Assembly (NCBI GenBank): GCA_038119905.1
Contig: JAYOKQ010000009.1
Coordinates: 361 to 64,360 of the forward strand
DNA length: 64,000 bases
From: Gemmatimonadota bacterium
GTDB taxonomy: Bacteria; Latescibacterota; UBA2968; UBA8231
Direction: 5' to 3'
The notes below the pieces were generated by a model. It worked only from the letters and a program-made list of their open reading frames with translations, was not told the DNA's origin and made no database searches. Below are positions 1 to 9,017 of this stretch, piece by piece (the stretch's first letter is position 1; the number at the start of each line of letters is the position of its first letter). A program made the position numbers and the translations under genes.

Positions 1-803
1 TCGACGATGCGTACCGGTCGATTTACGAACGCGCCTTTCCCATTCTAAAAGAATTTGACTATCCCTTTACCATCTTTGCCGACGCTAGTCGACTTTATGC
101 GGATGCGCCGGGAGCGATGAACTGGGCGATGCTGACTGAGATGCGCGACTGGGGGGCCACCGTTGCCAACCACAGCTATTACCACCCGCGCATTGGACGC
201 CCACAGGCCGGACAGACGCGCGAGGAATATGCTGAGTGGGTGCGCGACGACCTGCACAAGGCACAGCGCGCCCTGGCAGATCACGACATGGCTAGCGATG
301 TATTAGCCTATCCCTACGGCGAGTATAACGAACTCGTTGAAAGCGTGGCGCGCGATCTGGGCTTTGCGCTTATGTTTGCCCAAGACGAGGGAGCAGTCGA
401 TGAACACACCAATCGCCAGCGCATTCCCCGCGTGGCGATCGTTGGCCAGAATATGACAATGGAGCGCTTTCAGTTTAAGCTGAATTTAGCGCCTCTCCAC
501 GTCGATCAGGTGCAGCCAGACGACGTAGAGCTAGCCGAAAATCCACCGGCTGCATTCTCCCTTACGCTGCGCCATCCCGAACGCTACCGTCCTGGAGTTA
601 TCAACATGTTCGTTTCGGAGTTCGGACGCGTTGAAGCAACATTTGATCGCACGACGGGGGTATTGACTCACGCCTGCACGACGGCTTTCTCGCGGCCGAT
701 GAATCGCCTGATCGTCACGGCGCGCGAACGGGACAGCGGCCATTTCTCGATGTTTTCACGCCTCTATTTCCGCCCCTTTTACGAACTGGGTGGGCAACCC
801 TAA
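1..803 (+). CDS. Polysaccharide deacetylase family protein (CE4 / PgaB-like), 5' end truncated by window edge
   Basis: The frame is open from nt 3 to TAA 801-803; track ORF 117..803 is only the part after an internal Met. The translation DDAYRSIYERAFPILKEFDYPFTIF...ANHSYYHP...AYPYGEYN carries NodB/CE4-type motifs (HSxxH). Confidence 0.7.
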   Translation, partial: DDAYRSIYERAFPILKEFDYPFTIFADASRLYADAPGAMNWAMLTEMRDWGATVANHSYYHPRIGRPQAGQTREEYAEWVRDDLHKAQRALADHDMASDVLAYPYGEYNELVESVARDLGFALMFAQDEGAVDEHTNRQRIPRVAIVGQNMTMERFQFKLNLAPLHVDQVQPDDVELAENPPAAFSLTLRHPERYRPGVINMFVSEFGRVEATFDRTTGVLTHACTTAFSRPMNRLIVTARERDSGHFSMFSRLYFRPFYELGGQP

Positions 804-811
804 AAAAATAG

Positions 812-1615
812 CTACCTGCGCAGGGAAGCTGTCTCGCGCATATAGCGCTGGGCGTTGCTGCGCCCCGTTGTTGCTCCGGCGCGCGCTATGCGTTCTTCGA
901 GGTCGCGCAGTCGTTCATCGGTTGCTGGATGCGAGGCAAAAAGATGCTCGACCTGGCTGCGCTGACCTCCATCTAAAGCCTTGAGTTTTTCAAAAAAACG
1001 CAGCAATCCATTGGCATCGTAGCCGCTGTCTATCACATAGCGCAAGCCGTAGCGATCGGCCTGCCGTTCGTCGTCGCGACTAAAGCGAGCTTGGCCTAGT
1101 TGGGTCGCCATTTGCGCGACCTGCAGGGCGTATTCTGAAGCCTGTTCGCCTAGGGCGATGGCGGTAACCAGCTGCAGTCCGAACTGTGCGGCTAGCTGGT
1201 TGGCTGAATGCCGTCCCACAATATGGCCAATTTCGTGGGCGAGAACGCCGGCTAGTTCGGCTTCGTCCTCAGCGGCAATGAGCAGACCGGAGTAGACATA
1301 GAGAAAGCCGCCGGGGGCGGCAAACGCATTGACCTGATTGGGGTCGTCTAATACGGTAAAGCGGTAGCTTACACCGGGCCGGTCGGACTGGGCGCGCTCG
1401 ACTAGTGGAGCGGCAATTTCTTCTATATAGCGCTGCAGTTGGACGTCGGAAACTTTGGTCTGAGTTGAATCGATGTGAGCTGCCAGCTGCGCGCCCAGCG
1501 CGTATTCCGTCTCGTCGCTGATGAGTACCTGTCCCAGCTGGTAGCGCACGGTTGTGCAGCCCGTCCATCCGACGAGTGCAAACAGGGCGACTAGCGACCA
1601 TCTTAGAGCGTGCAT
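812..1615 (-). CDS. M48 family zinc metallopeptidase, probable lipoprotein
   Basis: HExxH motif LAHEIGHIVGRHS. N-terminal signal peptide ends in GWTGC. The start codon overlaps the stop of the upstream SDR gene (TAATG). Confidence 0.85.
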   Translation of the reverse strand: MHALRWSLVALFALVGWTGCTTVRYQLGQVLISDETEYALGAQLAAHIDSTQTKVSDVQLQRYIEEIAAPLVERAQSDRPGVSYRFTVLDDPNQVNAFAAPGGFLYVYSGLLIAAEDEAELAGVLAHEIGHIVGRHSANQLAAQFGLQLVTAIALGEQASEYALQVAQMATQLGQARFSRDDERQADRYGLRYVIDSGYDANGLLRFFEKLKALDGGQRSQVEHLFASHPATDERLRDLEERIARAGATTGRSNAQRYMRETASLRR

Positions 1616-2319
1616 TAGGGCGTTCCACCTTTCTTGTTGAAGTCGATTACTTTCTTTTGCGGCGATAGGTTGATTTCGTCAATGGTCGTCCCGGCGCGGG
1701 TCGTTAAGGAATCGATGATGACAGCGGCGACGTCGTCTGCTTCGATGGCGCAGTTGGCGTCGGGGCCGGGCCGAAAATCGAGCCCGTCGAAAAAGGGCGT
1801 GCGCACCATGCCGGGGTTGATCAACGTCACGGAGATACCGTGGCGAGCCGATTCTTCGCGCAGGGCCTGCGCAAAGCCGCGCAGCGCAAATTTAGCCGCG
1901 CAGTAAATGCTGCCTTTTTGCGTGCCGCGCAGCGCTGCTTCCGAACCCAACAACACAATGCGTCCACCACCGCGTCTTTTCATGTCGGGTAGTAGGGCGC
2001 GCACAACGAGGGCGTGGCTGGTAAAATCGAGGTCGATTAGATCGCGTATGTGCGCCGGCGAAAACTGCTCCAAATCGCCAAAATGCCCCCGTCCTGCGCA
2101 GCAGATCAACGCGTCAAAGGGCGGCTGTGAGCGGAGCAGATCGCGCAGGCGTTCGGGCAGGGCGTCCAGATCACTCAGGTCGATAGAAACGGGCACGAAC
2201 CGTTCCGATGGAGCCTGGGGACGGCGAGCTAGGCCGACAACAGAATGCCCTGTTGCTAGTAGGCGGGTCCGCGTCGCTAGGCCGATGCCCGACGAGGAGC
2301 CGGTAACGAGTATATTCAC
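1615..2319 (-). CDS. SDR family oxidoreductase
   Basis: GTG start. TGSSSGIG Rossmann motif and YCAAK (YxxxK) catalytic motif. GTGA overlap with the stop of the upstream radical SAM gene. Confidence 0.85.
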   Translation of the reverse strand: MNILVTGSSSGIGLATRTRLLATGHSVVGLARRPQAPSERFVPVSIDLSDLDALPERLRDLLRSQPPFDALICCAGRGHFGDLEQFSPAHIRDLIDLDFTSHALVVRALLPDMKRRGGGRIVLLGSEAALRGTQKGSIYCAAKFALRGFAQALREESARHGISVTLINPGMVRTPFFDGLDFRPGPDANCAIEADDVAAVIIDSLTTRAGTTIDEINLSPQKKVIDFNKKGGTP

Positions 2320-3332
2320 GGTGAAACGCCGTCCTCCAAGGTCGTAGATGGACAGGGGAAAAAGATCGCCGGATCGATGTAGCGCAAGAGTTCATCGCGA
2401 CAAAAACCGTGCAGCTCTCGCGCCAGCGCATGCCGGTAGGAAACCTGGCCGGCGCGCTCATCTAGGCCCCAGGCAAAGAGCGGTTCGTCCGGATAGAGTT
2501 GCTGCATGCGCTTGTACATAGAACGGGGCAGGCGAAACTGTCCGAGACTCACCGAGTGTATGGCGCTGCTACCGACGCGTGCAAAGACGTTTTCAAATAA
2601 GGTCCGATAGTGCATCCGCCAATCGCGGTGGTAGATCAGGGGATCAAAGCGCAGTCCGACGGGCCAGCCGGCGTCGGCCAGCTGGCCTAGCGCCTCGATG
2701 CGTCGCTCGACGGGAGGCGTACCCGACTCGAGAGCGCGACTAACCTGCGCGGGTGTCAGGCTAAAAGCGACAACGCAGTTGCGCATGGGTGGACGCGCGA
2801 GAAGAGACGCCGTGCGCACGCTCTTGGTGCGCAGTTCGATCATCGCCTGCGGGCGCTCGGCAAAGAAGTCCAGAAAACTCTGGGAAAAATCGGTGATACC
2901 TTCTAAGGCCAGGCTGTCGCAGTCGTAGCCCGAAAAAAAATAGGGCGTTGGCCCATTGTTGGTCAGGTGCTGATCAATAGCTGCGTGGAAGTCTTCGTAA
3001 TTGATAAAGACGACCAGATGAGCGCTGCGGTACATGCCCTGTAAAAAGCAGTAGCGGCAGTCGTACACGCAGTTGAGCATATGGGAAAAGTAAAAGTTGC
3101 GCTCGCCACCGATGCCATAGCCAACGGGCGTCGGCAGGACCAATTGGCCGTGTTTCCACGCCAAAATGAGCGCGGGTTGCTGCTTTTGCAGGCGAAAGTT
3201 CTGTGCGGCGCGATTAAACACTTCGCCGTAACGGCGACAGCGGATGCGTTCAATTGCGGGATAGCGCTCGAGGATGCGCTGAGTGCGCGGGTGGTCGGCT
3301 ACTTCATCCTCTATGTAAATGGCGCTGAACAT
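2316..3332 (-). CDS. Spore-photoproduct-lyase (SPL) family radical SAM protein
   Basis: CxxxCxxC cluster motif CVYDCRYCFLQG, colinear with Bacillus SplB (CMGHCHYCYLQ) as I recall it. Length about 338 aa. The ATG shares one nt with the stop of the upstream gene. Confidence 0.75.
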   Translation of the reverse strand: MFSAIYIEDEVADHPRTQRILERYPAIERIRCRRYGEVFNRAAQNFRLQKQQPALILAWKHGQLVLPTPVGYGIGGERNFYFSHMLNCVYDCRYCFLQGMYRSAHLVVFINYEDFHAAIDQHLTNNGPTPYFFSGYDCDSLALEGITDFSQSFLDFFAERPQAMIELRTKSVRTASLLARPPMRNCVVAFSLTPAQVSRALESGTPPVERRIEALGQLADAGWPVGLRFDPLIYHRDWRMHYRTLFENVFARVGSSAIHSVSLGQFRLPRSMYKRMQQLYPDEPLFAWGLDERAGQVSYRHALARELHGFCRDELLRYIDPAIFFPCPSTTLEDGVSP

Positions 3333-4141
3333 CAGTAGGGCAAAAGGCGTTCGTCACCCAAGCGCCCCTCGAGGGCGTCGAGGAACTGGCGTGCGCTGAG
3401 ATCGGCTGAATCTTCGTCCCATGGTGGCTGTCCCGGGGCCAGCGTCTCCCACTGCTGCAAGAGCAGGTGCAGCCGGTGTTGCTGTGCGGAGCTAAAGCGG
3501 CTGCGCGCAAGCGCTTGATCGAAATAGGCGGGGCTATAGCGCTGGATATGCCAGCGGCTCGCCGCCTCCTCAAGAGACGGGCGCAGTCGATCAATCAGGG
3601 GAATTAGACCGGCGACCCACGGCCCCACGCGCTGGCGATCCATGGCATCCGATGGCAGAATTCTATTGTCGGAGACCACCTTTAGACTGTGCGCCAATTC
3701 GGCGGCTACAAAGCGCTGGGTCGTTTGAAAAAAAGCGCTGCCCTCCATATCGCATAGCGTCCCATCGGAATACGCCCCACCGGGTTTGTCTACGGTCTCT
3801 AGCGGGGCGCCTAGGCAGGGTAGGGTAAAGGCAATGCCTGGATAGTATGTGGCGTCATCGGCCGTATCGGTTGCTCTGTGCACCCACAGGGGCGTGCCAA
3901 GGGCTGCGGTGGGATGTCCGGCGATACCGACGTTGAGCCAGGGGCCCAATTCGTCGGCAAATCGAGCGCAGGTGTAGGCAATGGCGGCGGCGGTAGCTGT
4001 TTTCCCGGGGCCGGAGACTACCAAGCGCAGCGCGTCGTTTGCATAGAGGCGGAAGGGGGCGTCCGTGCAGCAGGCGCGCAGGCGGTAATGGTCTAAAAGG
4101 GGGCGTGCTTCGGCGGCAAGAGCCGCGTGTATATATAGCAT
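3332..4141 (-). CDS. Nucleoside phosphorylase / MTA-SAH-nucleosidase-like protein with C-terminal extension
   Basis: PNP_UDP-type motifs: MLYIHAALAAEA, GPGKTATAAA, NVGIAGH, CDMEGSA, VVSDN. About 100 extra helical-looking C-terminal residues. ATG 4141 is preferred over TTG 4204 because it matches MTAN N-termini. Confidence 0.55.
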   Translation of the reverse strand: MLYIHAALAAEARPLLDHYRLRACCTDAPFRLYANDALRLVVSGPGKTATAAAIAYTCARFADELGPWLNVGIAGHPTAALGTPLWVHRATDTADDATYYPGIAFTLPCLGAPLETVDKPGGAYSDGTLCDMEGSAFFQTTQRFVAAELAHSLKVVSDNRILPSDAMDRQRVGPWVAGLIPLIDRLRPSLEEAASRWHIQRYSPAYFDQALARSRFSSAQQHRLHLLLQQWETLAPGQPPWDEDSADLSARQFLDALEGRLGDERLLPY

Positions 4142-4295
4142 GATAAGCCTAATATACGGGGAGTCAGAGGGGGACTCCAGTGCAGTTGACCGTCCTGTGG
4201 GCAATTTCTACTTTCAACTATCCCGTTCGATCTCAAACACCAGACTGACCAACACGCGCCTATCGGCCGCACGCGCCGGTGGGCTGGAGGATCGC

Positions 4296-5165
4296 ATGAA
4301 AAACGCATTTTTTAAAGGGCACGGATTGGGTAACGACTACATAGCCGTCGATCCAGCCGAACTCGATTTTAAACTCACTCCCGGCAATATTCGCAAAATA
4401 TGCGATCGCAATTGGGGGGTGGGATCCGATGGTATTTTGGCGCTTGCCGACAGTAAAAAGGCCGACTTTGGACTGCGCATTTACAATCCCGATGGCAGTG
4501 AAGCAGAAAAATCAGGCAATGGACTGCGTATCTTTGCCCGCTATTTGCACGCGACGCGACGCGTGCGCAAGCGTGCCTTCACCGTCGATACCAAAGGCGG
4601 TTTGGTCAGCATTCAGCTGCACGTAGACGAACTAGGTGACGCCAGCGCAGCTACGGTCGAAATGGGCCGAGCGACCTTTGAACCCAAGGCGCTTCCCTGC
4701 ACGGTAAAGGCCAAAGAGCTGATCGAAAAGCCCATCGTTGCCGCTGGCGAGCGCCTGCAGTTTACCGGCGTTAGCGTCGGCAATCCGCACTGCGTGATCT
4801 TCCGCGAAAAGGGACAGAAATGGACGCGGGAAGAGCTACTGCGTCTGGGCCCGGAACTGGAAAATCACAAGCTGTTTCCCCGTCGCATCAACGTGCAGTT
4901 GGCGGTGCCTACGGGCCCCAACTCGATTTACATTCTGATCTGGGAGCGCGGTGCCGGGGAAACGCAGGCCTCCGGATCTTCATCCTGTGCCGCGGCTAGT
5001 GCAGCCGTTCGCTTGGGCTTGGTCAAAGCGCCGGTGACGGTCAAAGCGCCAGGAGGCACGCTGCACATTGATATCGATGAAGACTACGAGCTGACGATGA
5101 AGGGTCCAGTGCAGGAAGTGGCGCGCGGCACGTTCAGCCCTTCCTTTCTGCGCACGCTGCGCTGA
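4296..5165 (+). CDS. dapF: Diaminopimelate epimerase homologue (DapF fold), catalytic Cys pair replaced by Ser
   Basis: GHGLGNDY, EKSGNGLRIFARY, GNPHCV and WERGAGETQASGSSSCAA are colinear with E. coli DapF ([12 protein letters not shown] ... YERGAGETQACGSGACAA). GGAGG sits 6 nt before ATG 4296; the track ORF start at 4140 is an upstream extension. Confidence 0.8.
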   Translation: MKNAFFKGHGLGNDYIAVDPAELDFKLTPGNIRKICDRNWGVGSDGILALADSKKADFGLRIYNPDGSEAEKSGNGLRIFARYLHATRRVRKRAFTVDTKGGLVSIQLHVDELGDASAATVEMGRATFEPKALPCTVKAKELIEKPIVAAGERLQFTGVSVGNPHCVIFREKGQKWTREELLRLGPELENHKLFPRRINVQLAVPTGPNSIYILIWERGAGETQASGSSSCAAASAAVRLGLVKAPVTVKAPGGTLHIDIDEDYELTMKGPVQEVARGTFSPSFLRTLR

Positions 5166-5166
5166 G

Positions 5167-6249
5167 ATGGCAGACGCCGCGCGGTTGGCCGCCGAGATAC
5201 GCGTGGCCTGGACGCGCAAGCTGGTGCTTTGGTGGCATCATTACAACGCCGAGTATCTGGGACAGGCGCTGCGCGCTCCGCAGATAGAGCTCGTCGATTC
5301 ACAGGCTGCGCTCGGGCGCTGGTACGGCGCTCAGCGCCGCCTCGTATTGGCCGTCTCCCATATAGAGCATGACCCGTGGCTCGATGTGCTCGATACGCTC
5401 CGTCACGAAATGGCTCATCAGTATGTCGACGAAGTGCTGGAGGTCGATGGAGAGACGGCACATGGCCCAGCCTTTCAGCGGGCCTGCCATAAGCTGCGCT
5501 GCAGTCCGCGGGCGCGGGGTGCCGATTCGAGAAGGCCACTTGAGCGCGAAGACCGCCTGTTGCGCAGGCTGCATAAGGTGCTTTCGCTGGCCGATAGTCC
5601 AAACGAGAACGAAGCCGAAGTGGCCGTGCAAAAGGCGCGTCAGATGCTCTTGCGCTATAATCTCGACGTCGTGTCGCTTGATGCCGAACGACACTATGCG
5701 CGCCGATCGCTGGGGCTGGTAAAGGGGCGTCGCGCTTCATACGAACTGTGGCTGTCGCTTATATTGCAGGAATTTTTCTTCGTCGAAACGATCTGGGCAG
5801 AGAGCTATATCGCCGCGCGGGACCGCGCAGGTACCGTGCTTGAGATCTATGGAACGGAGGCGAATCTAAATATGGCCGCCTACGTATACGATTACCTGAC
5901 GCAGCTTATGGGGCCCCTTTGGGAGACCTATCGCCGTGCGGCTGGGTTGGATTCGAACCGCGAGCGACAGCGCTACTGGTCTGGTCTGCTAGAAGGGTTC
6001 TACCGCAAGCTGCGCCAGCGCGATGAGGTTGAGCGTGCCCAGGGAGGGGCCCTCGTCGCCTGGAAGGGGGATCCACAGCTGCGCCGGTACTATGAGCACG
6101 TCAATCCGCGCATACGCGTTCGCTACGGGCGGGGCGTCCAGCCCAGTGACGCCTACCGAGCGGGGTTAGTAGAGGGAGGCAACGTGGAAATTCGCCGTCC
6201 CATCGAACCGCATGGCCCGGCGTGGGGAGGATTTCTTGAACGCGCTTAA
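5167..6249 (+). CDS. SprT-like zinc metalloprotease domain protein with DUF2786-like middle region
   Basis: HEMAH motif in an SprT-like N-terminal part. LHKVLSLADSPNENEAEVAVQKARQMLLRYNL resembles DUF2786. The ATG lies 2 nt after the dapF-like stop. Confidence 0.6.
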   Translation: MADAARLAAEIRVAWTRKLVLWWHHYNAEYLGQALRAPQIELVDSQAALGRWYGAQRRLVLAVSHIEHDPWLDVLDTLRHEMAHQYVDEVLEVDGETAHGPAFQRACHKLRCSPRARGADSRRPLEREDRLLRRLHKVLSLADSPNENEAEVAVQKARQMLLRYNLDVVSLDAERHYARRSLGLVKGRRASYELWLSLILQEFFFVETIWAESYIAARDRAGTVLEIYGTEANLNMAAYVYDYLTQLMGPLWETYRRAAGLDSNRERQRYWSGLLEGFYRKLRQRDEVERAQGGALVAWKGDPQLRRYYEHVNPRIRVRYGRGVQPSDAYRAGLVEGGNVEIRRPIEPHGPAWGGFLERA

Positions 6250-9016
6250 GCTGCTGTGCCTGCTGTGTTTGTTCGGCTCTCCGCTGTACGGTCAGTTCAC
6301 TAGCTTTGGCAAAAACAAAGTGCAGTTCGACGCATTTTCCTGGCAAAAGATGGAGACGCCGCACTTTGACGTGTTCTTTTTCGCGCAAGAAGAAGAGCTG
6401 GCTTCCTATGCTGCAAACATGGCCGAGCGCCAGTACCGCGATTTGGAAAAGAAGTTCGCTCACACCGTGCAGCGTCGGGTGCCGCTTATCGTCTACTCGT
6501 CGCATATCTACTTTGAACAGACCAATATAATTCCCAACCTGCTGCCCGAGGGCGTAGCCGGCTTTACCGAGTATCTCAAGGGCCGGGTGGCCCTGCCATT
6601 AAGTGGTTCACTGCCCGACTTCGAGCGCGTTCTGCACCACGAACTCGTGCACGTTTTTACCTTCGATCGCATCGCCCGCGTGTTAGAGCGCCACGGCATA
6701 CACGATTTCCGCCCGGCTCCGCTGTGGTTCACCGAGGGGTTAGCCGAATACTGGTCGAGCGAGTGGTCGACGTTTGGCGACATGATCATCCGCGACGCGC
6801 TCTTTGCCCACCGCCTCGTTCCCATTGCTCAGATGCATCTGATATACGGCACCTTCCAGATGTACAAAGAGGGTGAGTCGATATGCCACTTTATGGCCGA
6901 GCGCCACGGCGAGGACGTTTTTGAGCAGCTGTTCCAAAACTGGTGGCGAGCCGAGGAATTCGAGGAGGTTTTCCTGTTGACGACCGGGGAGACGCTGCAG
7001 GCGTTTGATGAGGCGTGGAACTATCGCGTGCGCAAGCGCTATCTGCCCGACATTGCCGTCAGCGATGCGCCCTCCCAAATGGCGAAGGCGCGCACTGGGG
7101 TGGGATTCAATATCAAGCCGACCGTCATCCCCAATGAGGCAGATAGCCTGTCGTTTGTCTACTTCACTAACGCACAGGGCTATACTCAGATCGCTCTCCA
7201 GCGCGGTGAGTCCGATCCCGAGATTGTCGTCGCTGGCGAGCGGCTACCTCTATTTGAGTCGCTGCATCCACTGTCGACAAAGATTGCCGTTGCCCCCGAC
7301 GGTGGGCGCATTGCTTTTGCTGCGAAGAGTCGCGGCCGCGACCATCTCTATCTGTGGGATTTGGTCGAAAAGCGCGAGCTGGCGGATCTGCACTTTGCAG
7401 AGCTCGTTGCCATCTCGTCCCCCTCGTTTGATCCGGACGGACGTCGCATTGTCTTTTCTGGTGCTCGTCAGAGCGGGATGGTCGACCTGTTTATCGCCGA
7501 CGTCGAGAGCGGCCACCTCGAAGCGCTGACCGACGACATATATCACGATCGCCAGCCGACGTGGTCGCCGGACGGGGAGCGAATCGCCTTTAGCTCGGAT
7601 CGCTTTACCGGCGGCAGGGACGGTCGGTACAACCTGTTTATTTACGAGGTTTCCACCGGCCGCATTCGCCACGTCGATGGGGGGGATCACAACGACCAGC
7701 AGCCCGCCTTTTCGCCCGATGGACGGTCCATTGCTTTTAGCTCCGACCGCGAAGGCATATTTGATTTGTATGTAGCGGATCTGGACAGTGCCCAAGCTGC
7801 TACGCGCCGCTTGACCCACGTGCTAACGGGTGCCTTCGATCCGGTGTGGCGTGCCGACGGCGAGGGTCTGCTGTTTTCGGGCTTTCAAGGGGGTGGATTT
7901 CAAATTTATGAAGTCGACGTAGGCTGGGACGACAGCACCGCCGTGGTCCACTATCCAATCGTCGAGGCTGTCGCCGAACCGTGGGCGCTCGAGGGACGAC
8001 AAGAAGAGCGTCTCTTTGCCCTGCGGCCTTACAGCGGTAAAATGACGCTCGATATCGCACAGAGCCAAATTTCTCAGGATCCTGAGTTTGGTACTTCGGG
8101 TGGCATACAGCTGGCGCTGAGCGACGTGTTGGGCAACGACCAGTATGCGTTTGTCCTATCGCATATTGCCGGCAGTCAGACGGGCTTTTTTGACGGACTC
8201 AACGTCGCCCTATCGCGCTATCACTTGGGGCAGCGGCTCAACTGGGGCTGGGGACTGTTTCGCCTCAACGATCGGTTTTCCAGCACCTTTGGTCGCTTTG
8301 TGCGCGAGAAGCGCACCGGGGGGTTTGTTGGACTGAGCTATCCATTCTCGCGCCACGATCGCGTCGAGACGAGGCTGTCGCTGCGCCACGCCGAGATCGA
8401 TCGCCAGTTCGAGGGGCGCCGGCTGTCGGGTTGGCTGGCCAATAATTTTCTGAGCTATACGCACGATAGCTCGCTGTGGCTGCCCACGGGTCCAATCGAG
8501 GGGAAGCGTTATAGTCTGGGCGTTGGACAAACGGTGGACTTCAAGAGTTCGCGGCGGTTCAATACCACGCTGTTTGGTGATTATAGGCATTATTTCAGAC
8601 TCTCCTCGCGCACCAGTTGGGCTATGCGCTACATGGGGCGGCACAGTCTGGGCGATGTGCCGGAGTACTTCTCGCTCGGTGGTTCCTGGACGTTGCGGGG
8701 GTATCCGTGGCGTTCGCTTTGGGGCAGTAAGATGGTGCTGGTCAACCAGGAGCTGCGCTTTCCACTCGTCGATCGACTCATCATAGGCTTTCCCTTCGGT
8801 TCCATAAATTTCAGCGCGTTTCGCGGCGCCCTTTTTGTCGATGCAGGCAATGCGTGGAACGACGCTTTTGATCAGTGGCGTGGGGCGCTAGGTGCCGGCA
8901 TGCGGCTGGCCTTGGGTGGGGTGTTTGTTTTTCGTTTAGATGCGGCACGGCGCACGGATTTTACGGAGATCGGTAACGATACGCACTGGGACTTCTTTTT
9001 TGGCTGGGATTTTTAA
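6236..9016 (+). CDS. Secreted fusion protein: peptidase-MA-like domain + TolB/PD40 beta-propeller + Omp85-type C-terminal beta-barrel
   Basis: TTG 6236 has a GGGGAGG SD about 6 nt upstream; ATG 6212 has none and remains an alternative start. Signal peptide MNALKLLCLLCLFGSPLYG. HELVH...EGLAEY gluzincin motif. Five PDG(x)xI(A/V)F(S/A) TolB-like repeats. The C-terminus ends FFFGWDF (terminal Phe OMP signature). Confidence 0.75.
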   Translation: MNALKLLCLLCLFGSPLYGQFTSFGKNKVQFDAFSWQKMETPHFDVFFFAQEEELASYAANMAERQYRDLEKKFAHTVQRRVPLIVYSSHIYFEQTNIIPNLLPEGVAGFTEYLKGRVALPLSGSLPDFERVLHHELVHVFTFDRIARVLERHGIHDFRPAPLWFTEGLAEYWSSEWSTFGDMIIRDALFAHRLVPIAQMHLIYGTFQMYKEGESICHFMAERHGEDVFEQLFQNWWRAEEFEEVFLLTTGETLQAFDEAWNYRVRKRYLPDIAVSDAPSQMAKARTGVGFNIKPTVIPNEADSLSFVYFTNAQGYTQIALQRGESDPEIVVAGERLPLFESLHPLSTKIAVAPDGGRIAFAAKSRGRDHLYLWDLVEKRELADLHFAELVAISSPSFDPDGRRIVFSGARQSGMVDLFIADVESGHLEALTDDIYHDRQPTWSPDGERIAFSSDRFTGGRDGRYNLFIYEVSTGRIRHVDGGDHNDQQPAFSPDGRSIAFSSDREGIFDLYVADLDSAQAATRRLTHVLTGAFDPVWRADGEGLLFSGFQGGGFQIYEVDVGWDDSTAVVHYPIVEAVAEPWALEGRQEERLFALRPYSGKMTLDIAQSQISQDPEFGTSGGIQLALSDVLGNDQYAFVLSHIAGSQTGFFDGLNVALSRYHLGQRLNWGWGLFRLNDRFSSTFGRFVREKRTGGFVGLSYPFSRHDRVETRLSLRHAEIDRQFEGRRLSGWLANNFLSYTHDSSLWLPTGPIEGKRYSLGVGQTVDFKSSRRFNTTLFGDYRHYFRLSSRTSWAMRYMGRHSLGDVPEYFSLGGSWTLRGYPWRSLWGSKMVLVNQELRFPLVDRLIIGFPFGSINFSAFRGALFVDAGNAWNDAFDQWRGALGAGMRLALGGVFVFRLDAARRTDFTEIGNDTHWDFFFGWDF

Positions 9017-9017
9017 C

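Noticed and set aside
2316-4141. Radical SAM + PNP-fold nucleosidase as an anti-phage system (viperin-like or ATP-nucleosidase effector)
   Set aside because: The radical SAM protein is SPL-like rather than viperin-like. There is no sensor, kinase, TIR or cyclase partner, and no mobile or defence-island context. The flanks are housekeeping genes.
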